Below are positions 22,059-35,908 of a DNA stretch of 64,000 nt, piece by piece. The stretch covers positions 196,046,001 to 196,110,000 of the forward strand of contig NC_086097.1 of the NCBI RefSeq assembly GCF_963921235.1. Direction: 5' to 3'. A model generated the notes under the pieces. That model had not been told where the DNA came from. It did not search any database and saw nothing but the letters and a program-made list of their open reading frames with translations. The translations under genes were made by a program, and so were the position numbers. Source of the DNA: Mobula hypostoma. Its lineage: Eukaryota. The number at the start of each line of letters is the position of its first letter. The first letter of the stretch is position 1.

Positions 22059-23132
22059 TCTTTCAGTAAGTGGCTAGTATTTTCCCATTGGTTAAATTTT
22101 TACTGCCATATTGAATAAGTATTTTCCAATTGGACTATTATTATCTTTAGATTATAATGTATTTTTTCTTATGTCTGTGGTAGAAAAGTAACTGTTTTGT
22201 GCTAAGTGCCATCTTTCTTTTCTTTAGATCCTCTCTTCTTCAAGTAGTAAGACCCTCTGTCACTGTTCTGTTCCTGTTCTCTATGTTCTATCATGTCTTA
22301 ATAAAATGATCATGAAGCAACAGGATTTATGCCTCGTTCCTGACTTCTAAAAGCTTTAAACACCAGAATCCAATAGTAGTACTGTGGATCTGTGTAGACC
22401 TTGCCAGGCACAACTGGGGCAGCAGTGGATGCTGGTTGGATGAGCTGGTGAGTAGTTTGCAAAGTGGCATTCTCTGTGCTCCGCACAAATGGACTGAAGA
22501 TTATCAATGCCATCTCGAGTGCTAATTTTGAGCAGTCAAGGCTAGAATGCCCACATATGGGTGGTATTTTATACTTTTTACAAGGAGGCTTAGGGAACAT
22601 TGCTGAATCTTGTCTCCTTTCTTTCTGGTAATGTCTTGCTGTACCAGAGCATGGAACAGAGTGTCTATTTGGTAAGGCTGGTGTCAGATAATGATATGCC
22701 CTACCCACCAGGGCTGACTGACTCAAATTAGGGCCTCATTTTTAGAGATATTGGCCTAAGAGTTTAGGTCTGCCATGGACTTATCATTTTAGATCATCAC
22801 CAGAATACTATCGTGAGGTAGATATAAGATGGAGATGACTTTCTGAATAATGCTCCTTGGCCTTCTCAATTTGCAGAATCAGGTTTTTGTGGGTTCAAAT
22901 AAGGCTATGTATCATGGTAGACGTTGCTTTCTGGATTAATCTTGGAACTGGTATATGTTGAAACTCGCACCCATTGTGCCTTTTATGATTCACCGAGCAG
23001 TTCTCTATAACTGGAAGAAAGAGTGACAGAATGGCAGAGCATACTCAATGGGCTGAATGGCCTAATTATGCCCTTATGTCTTATGTCCCTATGGTCAAAG
23101 GGATAGTCAAGATTTTGGGTCGGATCCATGTA

Positions 23133-23857
23133 CAGTGGTGCTTGAAAGTTAGTGAACCCTGTAGAATTTTCTCTATTTTGCATAACTATGAACTAAAATG
23201 TGATTAGATTTTTATGTAAGTTCTAAAACTAGATAAAGAGTACCCAGTTAAATAAATAACACAAAAACATTATACTTGTTCATTTATTTATTGAGGAAAA
23301 TGATCCAATATTATTTTGGGAAATGTGTATGAACCTCTGGGGTAATGCCTCCTACAAAAGCTATTTGGAGTCAGGTGTTCCAGTCAATGAGATGAGATTG
23401 GACATGTGGGCTGTAGAGGTGCCCTGCCCTATAAAAAAGACACACAAAGTCAGGTTACTGACAGAGTCTGCTCTTCTCAAGAAAGATCTGTCAGAGTTGA
23501 AGCAGTTTTGTAAGGATGAATGGCCTAAAATTCCTCCAAGCTGATGTGCAGGACTGATCAATGGTTACCAGAAATGTTTGGCTGAAGTTATTGACAAGGG
23601 GTTGGTTGGTTGGGGGGGGGGGTCACACCAGATACTGAAAACAAAGGTTTACATACTTTATCCAATAAATACATGTAATATTGGTTCATTTCTCTGAATA
23701 AATAAATGAACAAGTATCATGTTTTTGTGCTATTTATTTAATGACGTTCTCTTTATCTAGTTTTAGGACTTGAGTGAAGATCTGATCACATTTCAGGTCA
23801 TATTTATGCAGAAATAGAGAAAACTCTACAGGGTTCACAAACTTTCTAGCACCACTG
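23133..23857 (+). mobile_element. Tc1-like non-autonomous DNA transposon
   Basis: TA|CAGTGGTGC...GCACCACTG|TA with long inverted repeats; only the transposase C-terminus remains (LSELKQFCKDEWPKIPP). Confidence 0.9.
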
Positions 23858-25024
23858 TATTTGTCATAATAAGTGGAGCCTAACCCAAAATGTCAACCAT
23901 ATAACCTTAATGCTCACTGTTCTTTGACCTCAGCAAAGATGTTGAAGAGTTTTAGTATGTTCAAGTTATAGATATGACTATCGTTAAAGAAGCTTTGTAT
24001 GGGAGTGCATTATTTCACCAGCTTAAAAAAATTGTGTCACTATTTTTGGAATATGTCAGTTTTGAACCATAGCAACACAAGTAAATGCTGCATAACTCAT
24101 TCAGTTTCCTGACAATGTTGGTCTATGTTTCAACAGTGATATTGGATTTTGGAATATTTTCTATGTTCTATGTACAGACCGAAAAAATTCCTGTCAAAGA
24201 AATGAAAAAAATGAGAATCTCAATCTAATCAAATTTGTCTACCCCTCTATCTGCATATACCAGTAAAGCTGTTAAAACACTGTCATACAGTCTTCAGCTT
24301 TTAATCTCACATTCTTACAGCTGATTTTGTCACCTTACTCTGAAAGGTCATGAATATAGATTGATACACTTTACCAATAATTGAATAGCAGAGAAAATGC
24401 CACAAAAACACATTCAGCTATCAGCCACTAGATGGCTAACCATTCACAAGCAATGATCTTAGGTAGTTTCACAAGTTTGAGAATGACACACATTCACTCC
24501 TGCTGTGATGGCCAAGTAAGAACCACAAGTACCTTAACAAGTGGGACCGGAGGAGGCTGTGGGGTAGTGTTTGAGGTGGGCAGTTCATTTTGCTGCTTAT
24601 GGTTGTGATGTATGGCCAAACTTCTCAATACCATCCTGAATGCTCCTTTGAGCAGTCACAGGCCAGAGGTTCCTCAGAATCAGAGGGGATGATACACTTC
24701 CTCAAGGAAGATTAGAGCATCCTGGGAATCCTTTACTCTGTCCACTGGGTAATCTCTGGCAACAGAAATTGGAATGGAGTGCTGTTTCAGAAGACTGGTG
24801 TTGTCTGCTCCATGCATTTTTCTTGGAGTTGTCATATTTAAAGATGAGTTTATTGTCATTTGCACAAGTACATGTATGCACAGGTGCAATGAAAAGCTTA
24901 TTTTCAGCAGTGTTCTTAAGTACATAATATCAGGTACACAACCCTGACAGGGAAACATAAACATATTCACAATTTTTACAAGAAAGAACACAATTGGAAC
25001 AGAAAAGTGATTCTAACAGGTTCC

Positions 25025-25412
25025 TCAGCACCAAGGCCATTCTCTTTTCTTGCTGCCACCATCAGGTAGAAGTTACAAGGGCCTCAGGACTTACACCACC
25101 AGATTCAAGAACAGTTACTACTCTTGAACCATCAGGCTCCTGAACAAAAGAGGATAACTACACTCATCTATTGTGATGTTCCCACAAACAATGATCTCTC
25201 TTTAAGGACTCTTCATGCTCTCATTATTTATTGCCATATATTTACTGTATATTTGCATTTGCACAGTTTGTTGTTGTCTCCACTCTTGCTCTTCCATTGA
25301 TCCTGTTTACAGTTACTATTCTATAGATTTGCCGAATATGCCCACGGAAAAAAGAATCCCAGGTTTGTATGTGGTGACATGCATGTACTCTGATAATAAA
25401 TTTTACTTCAAA
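25025..25412 (+). mobile_element. Rex1/Babar 3' end
   Basis: HSLFLLPPSGR...TTRFKNSYY motif; tail aataaattttacttcaaact. Confidence 0.75.
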
Positions 25413-26369
25413 CTTCCCATAGTCACAAAATAAATTCCATCCATTAATCAGAATAATGGGCACATTCCAACAAATTGCATCTTGCATCTTGCTGTGATTG
25501 AGCTTCACAGAAAATGGGCACTCCTTAATATCTCATCAGGCTCGAAAGAGTCAACTATAAGGCTAGACAACACACATAGACAGGTTTGTCAGTAGCAAAA
25601 CACCATAACCATGCTTGACTTTGCTCTCAAATATGTTCCATGAAGACAAGCTTTCAATGAGGTTTACTGTAGAGCATTCAGAAGTAATAATCCTGAACAA
25701 TGTTGTTTTCTTCAAAACTCTAGGGTGCCAAATGCCTTTTTAAATTTTTCACAGGAAATCAAATAATTCAACACAGATTTTAATCGGCTGAGATACTGAA
25801 GGAATAACAATATTCTTTCAGCTGTGGAAAGCCACTTTTAAATTTTTGCAGCTTGTATTATTTTCATTCTGTTGTCATTCAGCACCTTCATGCATACATA
25901 TGATTTACAAAGCATTTCCCAAACAAAGCAACAATAGTGTAATGAAAATATTGTATTCCAGCGTAATGTCATGTAATTTTGCAATAATCATTGAATTCTA
26001 AGAACAATTAGGTTGAAGGAAATATCTTAGTTAGTGTTTATGATTTGCCATTCCCAAGGCAGAGCATTGCATGACCAGGACACATATCAGGAATTTGAAT
26101 CTGGAATCCATCACGACTTGCATGATTTTCTGCTCATTCATTTTAATGGCTAGAAATTCTATGCCCCCACAGTTCAGGCACACTGACACTCATGGCTGAA
26201 TTCCCAAACCACACATTTGTCATACAAAATTTCTGAGTGCTATAGCGTAAAAGTTAAATTCTAGTGTCAAAATTCTATTCAGACATTGCTTTTAAACTAT
26301 GTGGATAAAGGGAAATGTTCATGTTTGTCGTGTTTTAAAATCGACTTTCATCCATCATTAAATTAATTC

Positions 26370-27245
26370 TAAACAAGAGAAAATCTGCAGATGCTGGAAA
26401 TCCAAGCAACACACAGAATGCTGAAGGAACTCAGCAGGCCAGGCAGCATCTATGGAAAAGAGTACAGTTGACGAAATCAGTTCTAATGTTAGGAAATAAC
26501 ATCTTTAAATTCCTTTTTGTTTGAAAGTCATATTTCCTTTGATCTTGCAGAGGTTTTGAGGGACTACAACATTTAATTTATTCTACTTGACATAAAATGA
26601 ATTCTAGAATTAAGTAAAACAGTGTATTTAAATTGCAAATTCTGGTTCTTAGTCAGAAATATTTGGGCTTACTATACCATTGGAAGGTGATTTCACTAAA
26701 ATCATAAGCATGTTGATGAAACTGCAGTTTTTTTGGTAGAATTCATGTACTTGAAGTAAAAAAAAATGTAAAGTGACATACTAGAAGTAAAGAGATTCTA
26801 TAGATGCTGGCAATCCAGAGCAACATGCACAAGATGCACAAGTAACCCAACAGGTCAGGCAACATCTATGGAGGGAAATAAACAATCAACATTTCAGGCT
26901 GAGACCCTTCATCAGGACTGGAAAGGAAGGGGAAAAAGCCAGAATTAGAAGGTGAGGGAGGGGAAGGAGTACAGGCTGGCAAGTCATAGATAAAACCAAG
27001 ACCGCTATTTTAATTCTACTTCCTACTCCCACACCGAAATGTCTGCCTCCTCTAAAGTAAAGTCAAATGTGAACTGGAGGAACAGCAATTCATATTCCAC
27101 CTTTTCTCTCCATCTTTTTATACTGGCTACCTCCCCTCTTTCTTTCATTCCAAATGAAGGGTCTAAAGCCGAAATATCAACCATCTATTTCCTTCTATAG
27201 ATGCTGTCTGATTCGCTGAGTTCCTCCAGCGGTTTGTATGTTAAT
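26370..27245. mobile_element. Penelope-like remnants (26370-26475; inverted pair 26790-27245) with decayed hammerhead cores
   Basis: Terminal-repeat arms; degenerate ctgatgaagggtctcagcctgaaatgttg on the minus strand at ~26885-26920. Confidence 0.7.
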
Positions 27246-27399
27246 CACTTTAAACTTAATTGGTTCAGTGCAAAATTTACTATGCTACTGTGTAACACTA
27301 GAAAAAGTAGATTAAAAAGATGTTGCATTCAATTATCAAGAAAATCTTCCAATCTGAGCATGCTGGTTTAATGGACAAAAGGACTAGATTGCAGTTTTC

Positions 27400-30310
27400 C
27401 AATCTTCTGACAGTCCTCAAGAATCCAGGGAATTTTGATAAATTGTAATCAACTCATCCAATATAGAACATAGAACAGTAAAGCACAGTACAGGTCCTTC
27501 GGCCCACGATGTTATGCTGACCTTTTAGCCTAATCCAAGATCAATCTAACCCTTTCCAAAGACATAGCCCTCTATTTTTCTTTCACTCATGTGCCTATCT
27601 AAGAATCTCTTAAATGTACCTAATGCATCTGCCTTTCCCAGCACCCCTGACAGTACAGTGCACGCATCCGCCACTCTCTGTGTAAATAAAATTACCTCTA
27701 ACATCACACTCCCATACTTCCCTCCAATTCAAAGTTCAAAGTAATTGATTATCAAAGTCCAGCTGCTGGTGCGGGTAGAAACAGGATGAGTTGGCAGATA
27801 ACTGTGTGGCTGAAAAGCTGGTGCAGTGGGTACGGTTTCTGGTTCCTGGTTCATTGGGATCTCTTCTGGGGGAGGTATGACTTGTACAAAAGGGACGGGT
27901 TGCACCTGAACCCGAGGGGGGACAAATATTCTCGTGGGCAGGTTTGTTCAAGCTGTTGGGGAGGGTTTAAACTAATGTGGCAGGGGTGTGGGAACCAGAA
28001 TGAAGGGACTCAGGATAGGATGCATGGTAAAAAAGCAAAGATAGCGTGCAGTCAGACTGTCAGGAAGGGCATGTAGATGATAGGACAAAATTGCAGCCAG
28101 CTGGGTGAATATCGGTGCATTAGGGATGCAGAATCAAAAAGGGTAGCTAATACAGTACTCAAAGTGTTATATCTTAAACCATGGAATATAAGAAATACTA
28201 TAAGGTGGATGATCTTGTTGCACTTTTACAGATTGTTGGATATGATGTTGTGGCCATCACTGAATCATGGCTGAAGGTTGGTTGTAGTTGAAGCTGAATG
28301 GCCAAGGTTACACATTGTATCAGAGGAATAGGAAGATAGGCAAAGTGGGGTAGCATGGGCCTGCTGGTAAAGAATGTCATCAAATCATTAGAAGGATGTT
28401 ACATAGGATCGGAAGATGTTGAATACTTGTGGGTTGAGTTAAGAAACAGAAAAATAGAACATAGAAATCTATAGCGCACTACAAGCCCTTAGGCCCACAA
28501 TGTTGTGCCGACCGTGTAACCTACTCTAGAAACTGCCCAGAATTTCCCTAGTGCATAGTCCTCTATTTTCTAAGCTCCATGTACCTATCTAAGAGGCTCT
28601 TAAAAGACCCTATTGTATCTGCTTCCACCACCGCCACCAGCAGTGTATTCCATGCACCCACCACTCTCTGAGTGAAAAACTTAACCCTGACATCCCCTCA
28701 GTACCTATTTCCAAGCACCTTAAAACTATGCCCCCTTGTGTTAGCCATTTCAGCCCTGGGAAAAATTCTCTGGCTATCCACACGATCAATGCCTCTCATC
28801 ATCTTAAACACCTGTATTAGGTCACCTCTCATCCTCCATCACTCCAAGGAGAAAAGGCCAAGTTCACTCAACCTATTCTCATAAGGTACACCCTCAAATC
28901 CAGGCAACGTCCTTGTAAATCTCCTCTGCACTCTCACTATATTATCCACGTCCTTCCTATAGTGAGGTGACCAGAACCAAACACAGTACTCCAAGTGGGG
29001 TCTGACCAAGGCCTTATATAGCTGTAACATTACCTCACGGCTCTTTATCTCAATCCCACAGTTGCTTAATCCCAACACACCATACGCCTTCTTAACTACA
29101 CTGTCAACCTGCGCAGCAGCTTTGAGTGCCCTATGGACACAGTCCCCAAGATCTCTCCGATCCTCCACACTGCCAAGAGTCTTACCTTTAATATTATAAT
29201 CTGTCTTCAAATTTGAACTACCAAAATGAATTCTTTCAAAGGTTTAAAAGGTACATTTATTGTCAGAGAAATGTATACAATATACATCCTGAAATGCTTT
29301 TTCTTTGCAACCATCCACAAAAACAGAGGAGTGCCCCAAAGAATGAACGACAGTTAAATGTTAGAACCCCAAAGTCCACCCCCTCCTCCCGTGCGTAAGC
29401 AGCAGCAAGCACAATCCCCCCTCCCCCCAGTGGCAAAAAAAAAGTATCAGCACCCGTCACCAAGCACTCAAGAAGCAGCAAAAGCAACAGCAAAGACACA
29501 AACCTGCAGTACTCCAAAGACTACATTGTTTCACCTGGCATTTGACATACCACTGTCTCTCTGTCTCTCTCTCCTCTCTCTCTCCTTCACACGGAGGAGA
29601 CGTCTCCATTCACACTTCACACTTATCTGGGTTGAAGTCCATCTGCCACTTCTCAGCCCAGTTCTGCATCCTATCGATGTCCCACTGTAACTTTTGACAA
29701 CTCTCCAAACTATCCACAACACCCCTAACCTTTGTGTCATCAGCAAAGTTACTAACTCACCCATCTAATTCTTCATCCAGGTCATTTATAAAAATCACAA
29801 AGAAGAGGGGTCCCAGAACAGATCCCTTTGGAACACCACTAGTCACCAACCTCCATGCAGAATACGAACCACCTACAACCACCCTTTGCCTTCTGTGGGC
29901 AAGCCAATTTTCTGGATCCACAAAGCAGGGTCTCCTTGAGTCCCATGCCTTCTTACTTTCTGAAGGAGCCTTGCATGGGGAACCTTATCAAATGCCTTAC
30001 TGAAATCCATATACACTACATCCACCGCTCTACCTTCATCTATGTGTTTTGTTACATCCTCAAAGAATTCAATCAGCCTCGTAAAGCACGCCAGCAGGGG
30101 TAAAGGACCCTGGTGGCAGTTATATACAGGCCTCCAAACAGTAGCTGGGATGTGGACCACAGATTACAACAAGAAATAGAAAAGGTCTGCCAAAAATCAA
30201 GCTGTGATGCTACCATCAATATACTCTGCACTGCACATCCATGGAAGTTTGTCAAAATTTTAGATGACACGGCAAATCTTCACAAACTTCTAAGAAAGTA
30301 GGGGCACTTA
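27400..30310. mobile_element. Nested CR1 cluster: plus copy (27760-28450, resumes 30095-30190) interrupted by a minus CR1 (28455-30085), plus flanking CR1/Rex1 scraps
   Basis: HWDLFWGRYDLYKRDGLHLN (ORF1) on +; [33 protein letters not shown] and LVRPHLEYC on -. Confidence 0.85.
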
Positions 30311-30589
30311 ATTAATGACCTTAAAATTACGCCTTCTTGTATTAGTCAATATCTCTGCAGTAACTTCCTTTAGGACTGTAGGATGTCAGGACGTACGTTA
30401 TCACATTGAGAAACTTGTTAGCTTTCAGCCATTTGCTTGCATTGTGCTTCTCGTCAGGTGAACAAGATTCATAGTCTACTCATAGTCTCATGGTTATTGT
30501 TTGGATGTTTTTTGTATCATCCACCACAAAAACTGATCCAAAATAATTATCTGGATCCCCTGCTGTTAAGTTGCAGCAGCACAGAGAGG

Positions 30590-31130
30590 GATTGCCTGAT
30601 CATCATTATATTTCTTCTTGTGTATAATTTAGTTGCTATGTTTCCTACGTTCCTACAGCAACTACACTTCGAAAAGACTTCATTGGCTCTAAGATGCTTT
30701 GAGATGTCCTGAAAAGGATGTGAAGGTGCTGGATGCAATTGTCCCCCCAAGTTACAAATGATCATGTGGAACTGGCAGGCAAGAGAAAGATCAACCCTAC
30801 ATTCATTCTATTTTGCTCCCTCCTAAATCTTTTTATTAAAGTCCTGTGGAGCGATAAAGTACAAGTTGAGCATGGTAGCACTGGTGCTTTTCACCTCCAA
30901 GGTTATGAGGTCAAGAACCTCTCCAGGGATTCATGCAGCTAATCTAAACTGACACTTCAATGCAGTGCTGAGGGGAAAGTGCATGATCAAAGGCACTGAT
31001 CTTCGGATCACATGTCAGATCAGATGCCTTTTCAGTTGCACATAATGGACCCTATGCCACTGAAAAATGGACTGCTTCTCTTGAGGATGGCCTTTGTCAA
31101 CACCATCAAAGTGATTAATATCATATAGTT
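30590..31130 (+). mobile_element. Two ancient DeuSINE-like (shark SacSINE1/AmnSINE-type) fragments
   Basis: 3' tail tttcctac..actacacttcgaaaagacttcattggctctaagatgctttgagatgtcctga (30590-30745) and head/core aatctaaactgacacttcaatgcagtgctgaggg..cttcggat (30870-31130); recalled similarity. Confidence 0.55.
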
Positions 31131-32389
31131 AAATTCTGGGAGAAATGAAGGAGAATCAGAACGTCTAGATTTTGTGAGCTCTGTTCTAGCTTTCTAAAAG
31201 CAGTGACTGTACACGTGGCGGGTATGTTGGCAGAGGCCTACCAAATTTGGGACTGGTTATTGAAAGGTAGTAACACACACAAAATGCTGGAGGAACTCAG
31301 CAGACCAGGCAGCATCTAAGGAAGTACATTTGAACTCTTTTAGAAAAGGGAATTTACAGGCCAGTTAGCTTTACATCAGTTGTTGGGAATATGCCATAAT
31401 TCTTTACTGAGGACACTTCGAAATTCATAATATAATTCATAGTAGTGTTATAAGGTAGGATTTTCTTGCCATTACATATACTGTTCCAAAGGTTTGCTAG
31501 ATTAAATCCTGGAATTAAATCTTCAACATTTCAAGCACATCAGGATACAATGCATACTTCATCTAAGTCCATGAAATGATAAGATCATACTATGGTCACC
31601 CAGTAGGTGTCAAGCAATCAATAAAATGATAAAACTTGTTAATGTGCAGTGTTCTGGAAGAGCGTATACAATGTTAGTTAGTGTTCACATAGCTCCAGGT
31701 GGTTCATGGGGAGATGTTGAATATTATTATTAATGCAGGTCGGAGATTGTTCAGATGAAGTACTCATTAATGCTTGGCTATTGAAATGCTCTGATTATGC
31801 ATACTGTATATACCAGAGTTTTTCCTTTTCTTGCCATCCTTTAAGATATCTTCTTTTCTTTCCCGGGTCTGTAACACTGACTATTTATAGTTGATTTTAC
31901 AGAGGATATAGCAAACCATAATTGCAATCAAATTGTCTTTCAGAACTGTACTAGCTAATTATCATATAAAATTATTGAGCTGTTGGGGAAGCCAATAATC
32001 TTAAATAACTAACTACCATTTTGGTAAGGCAAAATCAATTATATCCACTTCAGTGTTTGTTGCCATAGTTATGTCCAATGTTTCAACATCACAAAAGGTT
32101 TAACGACTTAATAAACACAATCCTCAATCTGAAAACTGCAAAACAATAATTCTGAAAATGAAATACCATTCTTTTTAGTGTATGTCTTGGTTGAGTTTAC
32201 ATTATAAAGTTTAGCAATTTTGTGTGTTTCCATTGGAGTAAAACACTGTGTGATGCCCTCCAGAAAAATGACTACAGATTTGTCCATGGGCTTTCAACAC
32301 CCAGTTACGGAGGCAGCATAGAAATGCTCATCTCATTCCAATCCTCTCATTACATCCCCCTCCCACACACACTGACCAATAGATTCCTT

Positions 32390-32960
32390 AACAACACACA
32401 AAATGCGGGAGGAACCCAGCAGGTCAGGCAGCATGTACGGAGGGGAATTAACAGTTGACTTTTCAATCCGAGATACTTCATCAGGACTGGAAAGGAAAGA
32501 GAAAGAGACCAGAATAAGAAGGGGGGCAGGGGAAGGAGTGCAAGATAGCAGTCATTATGTGTTCCTTAAGAATTTTTAGGTTTATGCAGTCCATTTAGTC
32601 TATAATTCAATTAAACATCTATCTGTTCCCAATGACATTTCCCTATGAAAAACACGTGCACTTTATCTTATTAACAGTTAACCTTGAAGAAATAATTACC
32701 TTGTATTGTAAACTAGAAATAGACCAAATCTTCTTTCATGTGTATTTAGCGATGAAGCAATCTACTGAGTATAAACTGAAAATTAGCTCATTACATGAAA
32801 CTACCACTAGACCATTAAAAAAAGTCAGCACTTGATTTTAATCATTTTAACCCTCTGATGAAAGGTCATTGGCTTGAAACGTTAACTCTGTTTCTCTCTT
32901 GCCAGCATTTTCTGTGCTTATTTCAGATTACCAACTTCTGCAGTGTTTTGCTTTCCGATT
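32390..32960. mobile_element. Penelope-like remnants, one with hammerhead core CTGATGA-AAGGTCATTGGCTT-GAAAC-GTT (32855-32890)
   Basis: Terminal-repeat arms at 32390-32550 (-) and 32850-32960 (+). Confidence 0.6.
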
Positions 32961-33875
32961 GCAAAAACTCATTGTTACCTGGTTGGGCAGTGGAAAGGAA
33001 ATAAAGAAAGAAAGTGTACATATAAATCTGAGAACTGTGGAGGAACAACACAGTCTGATAATTAGGTTTAAATGTCCAGAGATGACGTAAGGAAAATGTG
33101 TAAATCTAATAGAAAAAAATGTTATTATAACATCCAGCATTGCTTTTCAAGACCCATCCATTTCTTAATGACAATAAGAACATAAGACATAGGAGCCAAA
33201 TTATATCATTCAGCCCATCAAATCTGCTCACCATTCTATTGTGGCTGATTTATTATCCCTCACAAACCTATTTTCCTGCCTTCTTCCCATAACCTTTAAC
33301 ACCTTTACTAATCACAGAACTATTAAGCTTTGTTTTAAATATACCCCATGACTTGGCTCCACAATTGTCAATGGCAATGAATTCCACAGATTCACTGCCC
33401 TGATCACCACCTAACTGTCAGAAATATTACCTCTAAAAACAAAAATTGTGTAGTTTGATGCCTCATTCCAGAACCACAAAACATATTAAATATTTACACT
33501 GAAAACATTTAAAAGTACATGGCAAACGGAACTATACTCATTGTTGAGAATGCCTAAAACTGAACCACACAGAAACAATAACTTGGAAATATGAAAGTCT
33601 ATTCACACAGCAAACTCCCAGGAGTATCCAAGAGAATCTCACTTTCCAGTCACAGTCTCCCATGATACCTAATAGATACCACAGTGCATCTGGGATGACT
33701 ACATTCTATGGCAGTCTTTATGATCATCTATCTATGCAAAGAAAAGAGCAAATCCATCAGTTTTTAGGGGTTAGACATAGACGTGTATTGCCATATAATG
33801 TGTAAGTTCAGTATCAGGAAAGAGCTTGGGTTTTACCTTGATCCACTAGTTATAGAAGTCACTTTTGTCTTGTGG

Positions 33876-34464
33876 TCACGGTCCCGATCGTTAATTCCCT
33901 ATTTTCTCCCAATTTCCTTTGATTGTGCAACGGTTCTGACCGTTAATTTCCCATTTGCTCCTAATTCTCTTTAATGATGGCACACCTGGTTTTCATCAGG
34001 ACCTGCAGCATAAGAACCCCGGCGTTACAACCACCAGTTCCCAGATCGCTGGTTTTGCCTGTGTGGTAATTGACGTTTCCCAGCCGCTTTGGACTGTGTG
34101 TTCTAAGTTTTTCTCAAGTACTGAGAATTACCTGTGAAACTCAAGTCACTTTGTGTCACTGTCAAGATCAGTTTTCTAAGTTCTTCTCCAGTTCTGAGGT
34201 TCCCCTGTGAAACCCAGCCTCTCTGTGTCAAGGTAAGTCTTCTAAAGTTTTACATCAGCACCGAGGTTTGCCTCTGTAACTCCGTCTCTCCGTACCAAGA
34301 AGAGTTTTGTCCGTTGTTTCTTTCTCTGCACTCTGAGTCAAGATAAATTCTGCCTGTTTCCTGCCTTCCTGCTCTCCCTCCTGTTGCCGTTCATGTCGGC
34401 ATCCTAACTAAATCTGCGTGCTTGTGTCCTGCACTTGGGTTTGCCTCATCTGCTCATTGCAACA
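33876..34464 (+). mobile_element. Solo LTR (Gypsy-like)
   Basis: Starts (tg)tcacgg, contains cacctg and a TATA-like segment, ends ctgcacttgggt...tgcaaca; gtgg on both flanks as probable target-site duplication. Confidence 0.6.
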
Positions 34465-35034
34465 GTGGTAGAAACCAAGTTACTAGTTTATTGGATTCAA
34501 TTTGACACGTTGAAAGGATGGGATTTAAAACTTAGCTTCTGAGTTGCTTGCCATAGCCCGATTATTACAGCATTTTACTGTAGAATGCATACAATTCAAG
34601 CCTTACCTATTTTGTGGTACAAAACACTGCATTTATAAATTATACTTAAAAATGTATTTATAGTCATACTGAACTCATCTACATTGTTTATTCAACCCTC
34701 TGTCATTTGGTGCCAAGGATGCCCTTCCAATCTGTTTTTAGAACATGCAAGCTGAATCATATCCTCTCGAGAATAATTCTCTCTGCTCAGTGCAGTGTGG
34801 CCAGATTTCTGAAAATTATGAGAGTTAAGGATTGTTCTGGAGTTAAGACATTATGGATTAACTAAAATGAGAACCAGTTTTCAAAAAATAAAACCTATAT
34901 ACAATTTATCCTCCAACTGATACTTTGTGGCTAGTGAATCTGATCATTGGGTGTGGGACATTCTGATTCTGTCCCATTGAAACTACATAGGGAAAGACAC
35001 TAGATGAATGGTCCTGCTATCAGCACTATGTTAA

Positions 35035-35908
35035 AGTTGCAACCAAAAAGTTCTACTTTAACTTCATCAGTCCACAGGACTTGTTTCCAAAATGCATCAG
35101 TCTTGTTTAGATGTTCCTTTGAACTTTTTGAATAGAACTTTTTGGCTGCAATGAGCAAAGGTATGTTTGGAGAAAAAAGGGTGCAGAATTTCATGAAAAG
35201 AACACCTCTCCAACTGTTCAGCAGGGGGGTGGATCGATCATGCTTTCAGCTTGTGTTGCAGCCAGTGGCACGGGGAACATTTCACTGGTAGAGGGAAGAA
35301 TGAATTCAATTAAATACCAGAAAATTCTGGAAGTAAACATCACACCGTCTGTAAAAAAAAAAGATGAAGATGAAAAGAGGATGGCTTCTACAACAGGATA
35401 GTGATCCTAAGCACACCTCAAAATCCACAATGTACTACCTCAAGAGGCGCAAGATGAAGGTTTTGCCATGACCCTCACAGTTCCCCGACCTAAACATCAT
35501 CGAGAATCTGTGGATAGACCTCAAAAGAGCAGTGCATGCAAGACAGCCCAAGAATCTCACAGAACTAGAAGCCTTTTGCAAGGGAGAATGGGTGAAAATC
35601 CCCCAAACGAGAATTGAAAGACTCTTAGCTGGCTGTAGAAAGCCTTTACAAGTTGTGATATTTGCCAAAGGGGGTGTTACTAAGTACTGATCATGTGGGG
35701 TGCCCAAACTTTTGCTTCGGGCCCTTTTCCTTTTTTGTTATTTTGAAACTGTAAAAGATGGAAATAAAGAAGTAATCTTGCTTAAAATATTAAAGAATAT
35801 GTCATCTTTAACTTCATGCCTTTTGGAAATCAGTTCATCTTTTACTCACTTAGCTATTCACAGTAACAGAAATGTTGACTGGGGTGCCCAAACTTTTGCA
35901 TATCACTG
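35035..35908 (+). mobile_element. Tc1 (DD34E) transposase relic with right IR/DR terminus; first-Asp segment inverted
   Basis: WKQVLWTDEVKVELFG on minus (35035-35130); QQDSDPKH and SQFPDLNIIENLW on plus; gggtgcccaaacttttgc repeated at ~35698 and ~35882; ends CACTG|TA. Confidence 0.88.

Larger units (their letters stand above)
17711..22375 (+). mobile_element. Decayed endogenous retrovirus-like element: 5' LTR ~17711-18171, PBS, gag/pol relics, 3' LTR ~21270-22375 (interrupted)
   Basis: Two diverged direct repeats end aaacaccagaatccaaca/ata and contain AATAAA. PBS TGGCATAGTCGGCAGGAT at 18177-18194. Pol relic FQTLKMTLCTAPVLKILDTGRQFTLYVNKKYKMAVLTQEQ at ~19502-19621. Confidence 0.85.
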
